Below, piece after piece: positions 1-8,621 of a stretch of 64,000 bases of DNA. The position numbers were made by a program, and so were the translations under genes. The DNA is taken from positions 35,662-99,661 of the forward strand of contig CAWABV010000004.1 in NCBI GenBank assembly GCA_963780375.1, in the 5' to 3' direction. This DNA comes from an uncultured Chloroflexia bacterium (GTDB taxonomy: Bacteria > Chloroflexota > Limnocylindria > Limnocylindrales > CSP1-4). Every line of letters starts with the position of its first letter. Within the stretch, counting starts at the first letter, position 1. The notes beneath the pieces were generated by a model. That model was not told the origin of the DNA. It ran no database searches and saw only the letters and a program-made list of their open reading frames with translations.

Positions 1-584
1 ACGAATCCGTCGAACATGGCATCCCGGTCGTCCCGGGCGCGGAGCACCGCCGACGGATGGATCGTGATGAGGGTGGTCCGCGCTAGCTCGGACTCCAGCG
101 GCCGTCCATGATCGCGAGTGACCGAAAAGCCCTTGCCGAGCAGGGCATCGGCCGCCGTCGCGCCCATCGCCACCAGCACCTCCGGTCGGACGAGCTCGAG
201 CTCGCGCTCGATCCAGACGTGGCACGCGGTGACGTGCGCACCGGACGGCTTCTCGTGCAGCCGGCGCTTGCCGTTCGGGCTCGGTCGCCAGCGAAAATGC
301 TTGACGACGTTGGTCAGGAACACCGACTCGCGGTCGATGCCGACGGTCTCGAGCGCTTCATCCAGGATCCGCCCGGCAGGGCCGACGAACGGCTTGCCCT
401 CGAGGTCCTCCTTGTCGCCCGGTTGCTCGCCGACGAGCATCAGCGGCGCCGGTACGGGTCCCTCGCCGAAGACCGTCTGTGTCGCGCGCTCCCATAGCTC
501 GCACCGTTGGCACGTGGCAGCGTCGTGCCGCGTCCGGGTGAAGCGACGTCGGGCGGTCGCCGGGCTGATGGTCGCGTTATGCAT
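1..584 (-). CDS. udgX: UdgX-type uracil-DNA binding protein (family 4 UDG-like), runs off the window edge
   Basis: Manual reverse-strand translation from ATG 584 (not in ORF track): CQRCELWERATQTVFGEG, LMLVGEQPGDKED, TNVVKHF, GKRRLHEKP (UdgX KRRIH-type loop), TIHPSAVLR. Confidence 0.88.
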   Translation of the reverse strand, partial: MHNATISPATARRRFTRTRHDAATCQRCELWERATQTVFGEGPVPAPLMLVGEQPGDKEDLEGKPFVGPAGRILDEALETVGIDRESVFLTNVVKHFRWRPSPNGKRRLHEKPSGAHVTACHVWIERELELVRPEVLVAMGATAADALLGKGFSVTRDHGRPLESELARTTLITIHPSAVLRARDDRDAMFDGF

Positions 585-692
585 CTGCAAGGTCTTGCGG
601 CATGGCCGCGATGTCCCCGGAACGGTCCCGGAATGATGTTTCCGTCCGGCGACGATCAGTGATACAGGCCTCCGCGCCAGGGTCGTCGACCT

Positions 693-721
693 GAGCCCGG
701 CCCCGCATCTGGGCCGGGCTC
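693..721. terminator. GC-rich hairpin downstream of the hemerythrin gene
   Basis: Perfect 11-bp inverted repeat GAGCCCGGCCC / GGGCCGGGCTC; no clear U-tract. Confidence 0.45.
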
Positions 722-757
722 CTCCATGTCCAGCGGCCCGTCGCCGCCCGCATCCGG

Positions 758-1222
758 CTAGCGGCTGGCCGGCACGTTCAGCTCCTCTTGTGCCTCCGCC
801 TTGCGCTGTTCCATGCGGGTGCCGAGCTCGTCGAGCTCTTCACGGTCGAAGACCTGGCGAGCCTTCTGGAACATCTCGCCCTCTTCCTCTTCCATGTGGT
901 GCTCGACGTTCTCCTGCATGACCTTGGCCTTGGCGCCCCAGCTCTCATCGTCGACGGGCAGGCCTTCGAGCTCGGCCATGACGGTGTCGACCACGTGGTG
1001 CTCCTCGTAGCCCTCGAGGACGATGTCCTTGGCCTTCGGATGCTCCTTCAGGGCCGGATAGAAGATCTCCTCCTCGATGACCTCGTGGATCGTCAGCTCG
1101 CCCTTGATCCTCGAAAACAGCTCCTCGCGCGTCCGGACGCCGCGCTCGGTCGTCGATTCGAGCTCGGTCAGGAGCTTGCGCATCTTGTCGTGGTCGTCCT
1201 TGAGGAGTCGCAGGGCATCCAT
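758..1222 (-). CDS. Hemerythrin/HHE cation-binding domain protein
   Basis: LLKDDH, HEVIEEEIFYP, EEHHVV, HHMEEEE motifs; GGAG RBS before ATG 1222. Confidence 0.9.
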   Translation of the reverse strand: MDALRLLKDDHDKMRKLLTELESTTERGVRTREELFSRIKGELTIHEVIEEEIFYPALKEHPKAKDIVLEGYEEHHVVDTVMAELEGLPVDDESWGAKAKVMQENVEHHMEEEEGEMFQKARQVFDREELDELGTRMEQRKAEAQEELNVPASR

Positions 1223-1399
1223 TTGGGCTCTCCGGTCGGTGGGTTTCGGGGTCGAGCCCATTCCAGCAGTACGTCGCTTACGCGCCGAGGCCACGGCCGG
1301 TCAGTGAGGGCGCAGCGACGTTGCAGTCCGACGTCAAGGGGCGGCCGGTCTGGTGCCCGCGCCTTCACCGTGAGGTCCGCAGCACCTAGCATTCGGCCC

Positions 1400-2275
1400 A
1401 TGGACTACGGACTCTGTCTGCCCAACTTCCGCGATGGCGCCTCGCGAGAAGGCATGGAAGCCGGCGCCGAGACCGCGGAACGGCTGGGCTGGTCGATCGT
1501 CTGGACGACCGACCACGTGATGGTTCCGACCTCGGCCGCCGACGACTACGGCACCAACTACGACGCGATCGAGGTGCTCGCCTGGATCGGTGCTCGGTTC
1601 TCGAAGGTGCGGCTTGGGACGAGCGTCATCGTCGTCCCGCAACGGAACGCGGTGGTGCTGGCCAAGGAGCTGTCGTCACTCGACGCCCTGAGCGGCGGGC
1701 GTCTGGTGGCCGGCGTGGGCGGGGGCTGGAACGAGGAGGAGTTCCAGAACATCGGCGCCGGGGAACGCTTCCACGTCCGTGGCGCCTACCTCGACGAGAC
1801 CATCGACCTTTGGCGCCACCTCTGGTCGGGCTCTAGAGAGCCGTTCAACGGCCGTTTCCACGACTTCGACGACTTCGCCTTCTCCCCTCTCCCTGCGCAA
1901 GGCGGTTCGGTACCGATCGTCGTGGGCGGTCGAGCGGAGCCGGCGCTCCGGCGCGCCGGCCGCAAGGGCGACTGGTACCACTCGAGCGCGACGAGCGCCG
2001 CGAAGTACGCCGACCGCGTGCCGATCATGCGCGCCGCCGCCGAGGCGGCTGGTCGAGCGATGCCGCGCCTGACGGCTCGCGCCTGGACGGAATTCGGTCC
2101 GGCGACCAGCAACCACTACGCGGTCCGTGGCACGGTCGAGGAGATGGCCGCCGAGATCCGCGCCTTCGGTGAACTGGGCGTCGATCACCTTGCCGTCTGG
2201 TTCGACGCCACGGCTCCCGACGATCTCGTCGCGCTCATGGAGCGCTTCGACCGCGAGGTCGCGCCGCTGGTCTGA
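1400..2275 (+). CDS. LLM-class (probably F420-dependent) oxidoreductase
   Basis: MDYGLCLPN, WTTDHV, RLGTSVIV, LDALSGGRLVAGVGGGW..EEF; TAGCAT -10 element 7 nt upstream. Confidence 0.9.
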   Translation: MDYGLCLPNFRDGASREGMEAGAETAERLGWSIVWTTDHVMVPTSAADDYGTNYDAIEVLAWIGARFSKVRLGTSVIVVPQRNAVVLAKELSSLDALSGGRLVAGVGGGWNEEEFQNIGAGERFHVRGAYLDETIDLWRHLWSGSREPFNGRFHDFDDFAFSPLPAQGGSVPIVVGGRAEPALRRAGRKGDWYHSSATSAAKYADRVPIMRAAAEAAGRAMPRLTARAWTEFGPATSNHYAVRGTVEEMAAEIRAFGELGVDHLAVWFDATAPDDLVALMERFDREVAPLV

Positions 2276-2281
2276 CCCGGA

Positions 2282-2335
2282 GCGGAGACCGCCGGACACG
2301 CGGAGACCGCCGGACACGCGAAGACGGCCGGCCCC
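2282..2335. repeat. 18-bp tandem repeat, 2 perfect copies and 1 degenerate
   Basis: GCGGAGACCGCCGGACAC x2 followed by GCGAAGACGGCCGGCCCC, between convergent genes. Confidence 0.8.
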
Positions 2336-2369
2336 CACACCGACCGTCCTCGCTGGGTGCTGCGAACGA

Positions 2370-2801
2370 CTACGAGTTACCCGCGCTGTGCCCGCGGCGA
2401 TGTTGATGGATCTGCGGCCTTGCGCCGGAGGTATCGACACTTCGCTCGCGGATCTGCTGCTCCTCCATCTGCGGGGTGAGCCGATTCCCGCTGGACGGGA
2501 CGGCTTCGAAGACGCCGCGCTCATCCTTGCGCAGCTCCTGCATCCCTGGAGCCAGCAGCGTCCCGCCCGGCTGCGCCGTGACGGCACCACGCTCACCGCT
2601 GCGCTGATCGAGCAGACCCGGTTCCTGCAGATACTGGATCGAGGTCTTCGCCGGAGCGGCGACCTTCGGCGTCGAAGCGGAGAACGCCACCCACGCGACC
2701 GCGATCACGACCGCTGCGGCGATGAACGCCGCGGCGAGGATCCCGAGCCACGGACTGCGCTGTCCAGCGAAACCCTGTCCCTTGTTGACGACCTGTGCCA
2801 T
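2370..2801 (-). CDS. Hypothetical single-pass membrane protein with three short internal repeats
   Basis: GGAGG RBS; TM segment WLGILAAAFIAAAVVIAVAWVAF; repeats PGLLDQRSGERG / PGMQELRKDERG / PQMEEQQIRERS. Confidence 0.65.
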   Translation of the reverse strand: MAQVVNKGQGFAGQRSPWLGILAAAFIAAAVVIAVAWVAFSASTPKVAAPAKTSIQYLQEPGLLDQRSGERGAVTAQPGGTLLAPGMQELRKDERGVFEAVPSSGNRLTPQMEEQQIRERSVDTSGARPQIHQHRRGHSAGNS

Positions 2802-2889
2802 GTCCTTGACCTCCGTTCTGCACCTCCCTCGGGTGCTGTGACCGGAGACTGCCGGGGGGTGGTTGCATGTCGGCTGCAGGCCGGCAGCA

Positions 2890-3075
2890 CACGACATCAA
2901 GGACGGGATCCTCGGGCGAATCAGATTCGACCAGAACGGCGACCTCACGGAAGGCGACACGACGATCTACCGGGTCGAGGGTCAAGAGCTGGTCGTCGAC
3001 CGCGTCATCTCGAGTGGGCCGCTTGGCGAGGCCCGACCTGCGCCGGAGGGGACCCGGGTCACCCCGATCTACTGA
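2890..3075 (+). pseudogene. C-terminal remnant of a branched-chain amino acid ABC substrate-binding (LivJ/K-like) gene
   Basis: IKDGILGRIRFDQNGDLTEGDTTIYRVEG resembles the G.I.FD..GD C-terminal signature; no N-terminal part present. Confidence 0.45.
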
Positions 3076-3934
3076 AGAGCGTCAGCTGGAGATCGGCCAG
3101 GGCGGACAGTCGGACGTTGCGATCGCCCCAGGGCGTGTCCACCGGGCCCTTGCCGAGCAACACCGCCCCGTTCATGCGGGCACGCTCGGCGACCTGGCGC
3201 GAGTCGTCGACCTCGAGCGCCAGCCGGACCTGACCGGCGACACGCCGACCGACCTCGACGCGGTCGATGTAGCCCGCCTGCGCCTCGTCGATGAGCTCGA
3301 GCGTCGCGCGCCCGCCGTCGAGGACGACGACCTTGCCGTCGGGCGAGGTCCAGTCGGCGAGCTGCGGGAGCCCGAGCGCGTCCCGGTAGAACGCGACGGC
3401 CGCGTCGTGATCCGGCGCGGTGACGGCGACGCGGAGCTCGTGGATCGGCCGGGCGTTCGTCTCCCACGGATAGCCGCCGGCCGTCCAGGCATCGAATGGC
3501 GCCTGGGCGCCGTCGATCGCGATGTGCTCGATCTTGACCATCGCGCCGTCGATGTCGTCGAGCCTCGCCTCCATGCCCTCGGAAAAGCCGAATCCGCCGG
3601 CGGCCGCCTGTTCGCGCGTGCCCGCATAGGCGATCTTCGTGATCCCGGTCATCCCGGCGACCGCCTGGCAGATCGGACAGGGATGGCAGCTCGAGACGAC
3701 GATGGTGCCGGACAGGTCGAAGGTGCCGAGTCGCCGGCACGCCGCCCGGATCGCCTCGACCTCGCCGTGGGCCGCCGGGTCCGCGTCGCGCCGACAGGTG
3801 TTGACGCCGGTCGCGATGACCTCGCCGGCCCCTCGGTCGGCGACGACCAGCGCCGCGAACGGGAATTGGCCGGCCGCGGCGTTGGCCGTGGCGAGGTCGA
3901 CGGCGGCCCGGGCGTGGTCTTCGATCGATGTCAT
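3059..3934 (-). CDS. Fusion of a Zn-dependent nucleoside/nucleobase deaminase (GuaD-like) with a VOC/glyoxalase domain
   Basis: DPAAHGEVEAIR and SCHPCPIC (HxE...PCxxC); C-terminal AVAFYRDALGL, RLALEVDD, PVDTPWGDRNVRL. Confidence 0.85.
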   Translation of the reverse strand: MTSIEDHARAAVDLATANAAAGQFPFAALVVADRGAGEVIATGVNTCRRDADPAAHGEVEAIRAACRRLGTFDLSGTIVVSSCHPCPICQAVAGMTGITKIAYAGTREQAAAGGFGFSEGMEARLDDIDGAMVKIEHIAIDGAQAPFDAWTAGGYPWETNARPIHELRVAVTAPDHDAAVAFYRDALGLPQLADWTSPDGKVVVLDGGRATLELIDEAQAGYIDRVEVGRRVAGQVRLALEVDDSRQVAERARMNGAVLLGKGPVDTPWGDRNVRLSALADLQLTLFSRSG

Positions 3935-5076
3935 CGGTCGTCCTTCCTCCAGCGCTGGTATCGGGCATAGACGTCAGGTTCGTTCGGTTCGACGAAGCGG
4001 GCGAGTCGTTCGCCAAGCTCCTCGAGCGCCGTTCGATCGGCGCGGGCGAGCCGGCGGAATGGCTCCAGCTCGATCCTGGTTCGGCCGCTGCCTTCGACGG
4101 CCGCCCACCAGCGACCGGCCACGACCCCATCGACCAGGATCGTCGGGAGCGTATCGCCGTTCCGGGCGACGATCCTGGCGCGATCGGCGTCGCTCACGAT
4201 CCGCGTGCGGTCGTCGTACGCGAGCACCGTGCTGTCCCACATCGGCAACAGTCGGGGCGGGGCCGGGACGTCCTCGTCGGGCAACGGCGCGCCCACGAGG
4301 TCCAACAGCTCGCGGCCGCCCTCGGTGCGGAACCGCCGCAGGTCGCCGGCGCTGTCGACGGCCTCGACGCCGGGACGGATCACCCGGACGGCCAGGCCGG
4401 TCCAGCGCGCGATATCGGCGACCGACGCCGGACCGAACGCGCCGAGGTACTTACGGACGACGAGCTCGATCGACGTCGCCGGATCGGGCCACTCCCCGGG
4501 GCCGAGCCACGCGTCGGCGTCGGCAAGGAGCGGCCGGCGCCCGAAGGACCACGGACCGCCGGTCGGCGCATGGGCCAGCGGGTGGCGTCGACGCAGCCAC
4601 CAGACGACCTCATCAGCCGGCATACCATCGACGTCCCCGACGTGCTCGCGCAGCTCGCTGATCGAACGCGGCTCCGCCGCGAAACGAACGACCCGGCGTC
4701 GGATCGTGCTGAACGTTTCCCGGGGCGGCGGCTCGAGGCGATCCTGGCGGCGCTGGTTCTCGAGCATCGGGACGACGGCCGGCCACATGGCGCGGTAGTC
4801 GGCTGCCGAGACGAGATGCAGCGTCGACCGCATCAGGGTCGCCTTCACGAGCCTTCGCTCGGCGATCGCCCGATCGAGCTTCGCGGTCGAGAACCCGGCG
4901 AGGCGCGCCCAGAGACCGATGTACGGCGACGCCGGCTCCTGGGCCTGCAACCCACCGATGTGCTCGACAGCCTCGACCACGCCGAGGTCTGCCGGCTCGA
5001 GGAGCAGCTGGCGGGCCAGCGTCGCCCGGCCCAGACGGCGGCTGCTGAGGACCTCTGTCCTACCGGTCGACGTCAC
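3931..5076 (-). CDS. AlkZ/YcaQ-family (HTH_42) winged-helix DNA glycosylase
   Basis: RATLARQLLL, GLQAQEP..PYIGLWARL (QxQ motif), LMRSTLHLV, YLGAFGPASVADIARWTG, RLLPMWD; GTG start overlaps upstream stop. Confidence 0.88.
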   Translation of the reverse strand: MTSTGRTEVLSSRRLGRATLARQLLLEPADLGVVEAVEHIGGLQAQEPASPYIGLWARLAGFSTAKLDRAIAERRLVKATLMRSTLHLVSAADYRAMWPAVVPMLENQRRQDRLEPPPRETFSTIRRRVVRFAAEPRSISELREHVGDVDGMPADEVVWWLRRRHPLAHAPTGGPWSFGRRPLLADADAWLGPGEWPDPATSIELVVRKYLGAFGPASVADIARWTGLAVRVIRPGVEAVDSAGDLRRFRTEGGRELLDLVGAPLPDEDVPAPPRLLPMWDSTVLAYDDRTRIVSDADRARIVARNGDTLPTILVDGVVAGRWWAAVEGSGRTRIELEPFRRLARADRTALEELGERLARFVEPNEPDVYARYQRWRKDDR

Positions 5077-6296
5077 TCCGGCGGCAGCTTGCCGGCTTTG
5101 AACGTGGCGATGAGCTCCGTGTACTCCGGTAGGCCGCGTTCGTAGCCGATCGCCCAGAAGCCGGCACCGGCAAACCCGCGTTCGTCGGCGAGTCGGAGCT
5201 TCGGCGTGAGGCTGCGCGCCGAGTCGTAATAGACGGCATCCCACGCGATCGGTTCGGGGCTCGCGCTCGCGGGAACGCCCGGCACGTTCGCGGACGGCTC
5301 CGCCGCGGCGTAGGCAGTGGGCACGGAGTAGAACTCGACACTCTCGGTCGGCTCGTACATCGGCGCAAACGACGGATCCTCGAAGACGCGCAGGTTCCGG
5401 CGCGGGACCCAGGCATCGCCGCGACCGCTCGACGGGGCCAGGAACCCGGGAGCGATGACCGGCCAGGTCAGGCCGTACAGCGGGAGGCCGAGCAGCAGGC
5501 GGTCTGCTGGTACGCCGAGGGTCGCGTAGAGGTCGAGGGACCAGAGCAGGTCCTTGACCTCGCCATCGAGTCGGTCGATGGGCGCCGACGCGCCCGGCTG
5601 CGAGCCCGCCACGCGGTAGTCGTAGCCCATCAGGAAGATGCGGTCGGCGCCGGCCGCGGAGGCGGCCAGGGCCATCGCGGCGCCGACCTCGTTGGCCTGC
5701 GTTGCGACGGAGAGCTGGGCGTCCGGCAGTCGATCCCGGAGGGCCTCACGAAGACGACTGACGAACGCGCCGTACTGGGGAACGAGGTCGATCGGCAGCG
5801 CCTCGACGTCGACGTCTATCCCGTCCGCGTCGACCTCCTCGACAAGCCCGATGAGCTCGTCGATCCACGCATCCTGGGCCTTCGGCTCGTCGTAGAAGCG
5901 GCGGTTCTTGGTCTCCCCGAAGCTCGTGTAGACGATCTCGACGCGGGTGCCGCGGTCGTGGGCCGCCGTGATCATCGCCCGACCCACGCCCCCACGGATG
6001 CGTTGGAGGCCCGTCTGCTCGTCGAGACGCCCGTTGCGCTTGTGCGTGACGGAGAACAGGCCGAGGGTGGTGAGGTCTGTCGACGCGATGTGGTCGGCGA
6101 TCGTGTCGTCCATCTCCCAGTACGGGACGAAGCCGTAGACCTCGTGCTTCGGATCGGGGATCACGGTGGGGCGGGGCGAAGCCGCTCCGGAGGGGAGAGC
6201 CGCGTTTCCGGGCGACGTCGGCGGCTCGCTCGGCGTCAACCCGCGGCAGCCAACGACCAGAGCCGCGACGAGGACGATGGAGATGACCCGCGTCAC
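5073..6296 (-). CDS. Glycoside hydrolase family 18 lipoprotein
   Basis: Lipobox-like LVVGC; DGIDVDVE catalytic motif; LMGYDY; LGLPLYG; GAGFWAIGYE. Confidence 0.85.
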   Translation of the reverse strand: MTRVISIVLVAALVVGCRGLTPSEPPTSPGNAALPSGAASPRPTVIPDPKHEVYGFVPYWEMDDTIADHIASTDLTTLGLFSVTHKRNGRLDEQTGLQRIRGGVGRAMITAAHDRGTRVEIVYTSFGETKNRRFYDEPKAQDAWIDELIGLVEEVDADGIDVDVEALPIDLVPQYGAFVSRLREALRDRLPDAQLSVATQANEVGAAMALAASAAGADRIFLMGYDYRVAGSQPGASAPIDRLDGEVKDLLWSLDLYATLGVPADRLLLGLPLYGLTWPVIAPGFLAPSSGRGDAWVPRRNLRVFEDPSFAPMYEPTESVEFYSVPTAYAAAEPSANVPGVPASASPEPIAWDAVYYDSARSLTPKLRLADERGFAGAGFWAIGYERGLPEYTELIATFKAGKLPPE

Positions 6297-6312
6297 GACC
6301 TCGACACGCGCG

Positions 6313-7191
6313 TCACGCCTTGACCGGAAGCACGAGCAGCCAGCCGGGTGGGACGCCCAGGTTCACGCGGCCGCGGTCGCGGATGACGTATTGCTTCGCG
6401 AGCGTATCGAGCGAGATCAGGCTGTTGGGCTTGGGGCTGCCGCCCCACACCGCGCTGCCGTGCGGATACAGCGGATCGTGGACGCGGACGCGCTTGACGG
6501 CGAAGTCGTCGAAATGTCGCGGGTCGGCGGTCGCCTCGAAACCGCTCATCATCCAGGCGTGCCGGCCGCGCCACATGACGAGGCCGACCGGGCGCTTCGT
6601 CTCGCGGATCGCTGCGGCCGCTGTCGCCACGGCCTCGTCGAAGCTGGGCAGGCTGACGAGCCGATACGGCCCGATGCCCAGCTCATTGAGCGTCGCGACC
6701 CAGCCGATCGGGTTCGCGCCACCGAATGGGCTCGATGAGCGGTCGCGGGCCCTCTCCCACAGCCGCTGCTGATCGCGCCGCGACGTCCGCTCCTGGTCGG
6801 TAGCCATGTTGAGGGCCATCTGAAGGCTCGCCCCGACGCACCACTCGAAGGTGTACTGGGCGACGAAGTCGGCCCGCCTGGCGAGGTTCATCGAGAACGC
6901 CGCGCGCTTGGGTGGCTTCGGCGTTGCCGCAGTGGCGGCCGGAGTCCCGGCGGCGGCCGGTGTCTCGGTCGATCTCGCTTCAGGCGACGCAGTCGGCGCG
7001 GGGATCGCGCCGAGCGACGGCGCGCTGGCGCGCGGCGATTCGGCGGTCGGCGCGCCATCGACGACCGCGGTCGTCGGAGAGGCGCTCGGACCCGACGGGC
7101 CCTGTTTCGGGGTACAGGCGCCGGCGACGACGGCGATGACCGCGACGAACGCGAGTGCGTGACGGAGTCGGCGAAGCAGGACGGAACTCAT
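6313..7191 (-). CDS. Lipoprotein with a C39-like (papain-fold) peptidase domain
   Basis: VAGAC lipobox, S/P/A/T linker, QYTFEWCVGASLQM (Q-x5-C), GRHAW, VHDP; start codon uncertain (7191 or 7248). Confidence 0.6.
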   Translation of the reverse strand: MSSVLLRRLRHALAFVAVIAVVAGACTPKQGPSGPSASPTTAVVDGAPTAESPRASAPSLGAIPAPTASPEARSTETPAAAGTPAATAATPKPPKRAAFSMNLARRADFVAQYTFEWCVGASLQMALNMATDQERTSRRDQQRLWERARDRSSSPFGGANPIGWVATLNELGIGPYRLVSLPSFDEAVATAAAAIRETKRPVGLVMWRGRHAWMMSGFEATADPRHFDDFAVKRVRVHDPLYPHGSAVWGGSPKPNSLISLDTLAKQYVIRDRGRVNLGVPPGWLLVLPVKA

Positions 7192-7334
7192 GGGATCGGC
7201 GGCCAGTATGCCCCGAAACGCGTCGTTATCCCGTCGGCGGAGGCGCATGCGATCGGTACGCCTCTGAACCGACCTCGGATCGCCCTCGAAGTTTGAAGGA
7301 CGGCCGTGGCCGGTTCCTCATACTCGACGGAGCG

Positions 7335-7901
7335 ATGCAACGAGAGTTGGTGGAACGAGCGCAGCGCGGCGATCAGGAGGCCTTCGAGGGCCTGGTCCGC
7401 ATGTCCGCGAACCGGCTCTTCGCGATCGCGTATCGCATCACGCGCGATCATCATCGGGCCGAGGATGCGGTCCAGCAGACGCTCGTGACGATCTGGGACG
7501 AGCTGCCTCGGCTGCGCGATCCGGACCGGTTCGACGCCTGGACGTACCGGGTCGTCGCCCGCAACAGCGTCGCCTTGGCCAAGCGCGAAGCCCGCTCGCC
7601 GGGCGGCGGCTCGATCGTGCGACTGCTTCCCGACGACGCCGACGCGTCCCAGGCCCCCGATGACATCGCCTCGGTGGCCGACCGCGATCAGATCGAGGGC
7701 GCGTTCCGCCGCCTCAAGCCGGACCACCGCGCGATCTTGACGCTGCACCACGTGGCGGGCCTGTCCTCGCCGGAGATCGCGGACGTGCTGGGCATCCCGG
7801 TCGGGACCGCAGGGTCACGTCTCCACTACGCGACCCAGGCGTTGCGCGCCGCGATCGACGCGGAAGCCCGCATCGACGATCCCCGGGAGCGCTCGGCATG
7901 A
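7335..7901 (+). CDS. ECF RNA polymerase sigma-70 factor
   Basis: LVERAQRGDQEAF, AEDAVQ, LRDPDRFDAW, EIADVLGIPVGTAGSRLHYA. Confidence 0.93.
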   Translation: MQRELVERAQRGDQEAFEGLVRMSANRLFAIAYRITRDHHRAEDAVQQTLVTIWDELPRLRDPDRFDAWTYRVVARNSVALAKREARSPGGGSIVRLLPDDADASQAPDDIASVADRDQIEGAFRRLKPDHRAILTLHHVAGLSSPEIADVLGIPVGTAGSRLHYATQALRAAIDAEARIDDPRERSA

Positions 7902-8611
7902 CCGGCTTCGACGAGACCGACCGGCGGATCGCCGCCTGGTTCGCCGATGAGGGCGTCCGCGCGCCCGAACGGACGGTTGACACGGTCCTCGCGCATGCCC
8001 GGGCGCATCCCCGGCGCCGGGATCCGTTCGCTGCTCTTCGGGGCGATCCGATGCGCCGCGGTCTGGGCGGTGCGCTGTTCGCCCCGGTGCCGTTGCTCGC
8101 GGCCGTCGGGCTGATCGTCATCGCCGTAGCCGGCGGAGCCATCGCGGGCGGGTTCCTTGATCGGTCGGGGCCGCCCGTAGTCGCGTCGCCAAGCCCCTCG
8201 CCGACCACTTCCCTCTCTCCGACTCCCTCGCCGACCCCGGTCCCCAGCCCGGTGATGCTCCACGTCGATCTGATCGAGGTGGCCGGCGCGGACGCGTCCG
8301 TGGACATCACCGACCGATCCGGCACGCTGGCATCCGCAGAGTCCGGTCAACCCCAGGACGGTGGATCGGTCGGCGACGACAGCATCGTCGTCGAGCCCGA
8401 TCCCTCGGATCCGACCGTCGCGGTCCTGACATGGACCGGCACGCCGTGCGACACGACACACACGCTCGACATCGCCGAAGACGGGCGCACGCTGACGATG
8501 ACGCGAGCGCCCTGCGAGGGGGATGCGATCCCGCGCGATCTGCGCCTGCGCTTGCGGTTCGACAGGCCTATCGACACCTCGCAGATGAGCGGGGTCGTGG
8601 TCACGCTGTAG
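7898..8611 (+). CDS. Putative membrane anti-sigma factor
   Basis: ATGA overlap with sigma gene; DRRIAAWF N-terminus, one TM helix, SPSP linker, extracytoplasmic domain with two Cys. Confidence 0.7.
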   Translation: MTGFDETDRRIAAWFADEGVRAPERTVDTVLAHARAHPRRRDPFAALRGDPMRRGLGGALFAPVPLLAAVGLIVIAVAGGAIAGGFLDRSGPPVVASPSPSPTTSLSPTPSPTPVPSPVMLHVDLIEVAGADASVDITDRSGTLASAESGQPQDGGSVGDDSIVVEPDPSDPTVAVLTWTGTPCDTTHTLDIAEDGRTLTMTRAPCEGDAIPRDLRLRLRFDRPIDTSQMSGVVVTL

Positions 8612-8621
8612 CCGCCAATGC

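Noticed and set aside
630-725. Possible riboswitch between udgX and the hemerythrin gene
   Set aside because: Pairing potential is present, but I cannot match any known aptamer consensus; only the hairpin is kept.
788-1399. Long N-terminal extension of the LLM oxidoreductase ORF
   Set aside because: It overlaps the hemerythrin gene on the other strand; the family start and -10 element point to ATG 1400.
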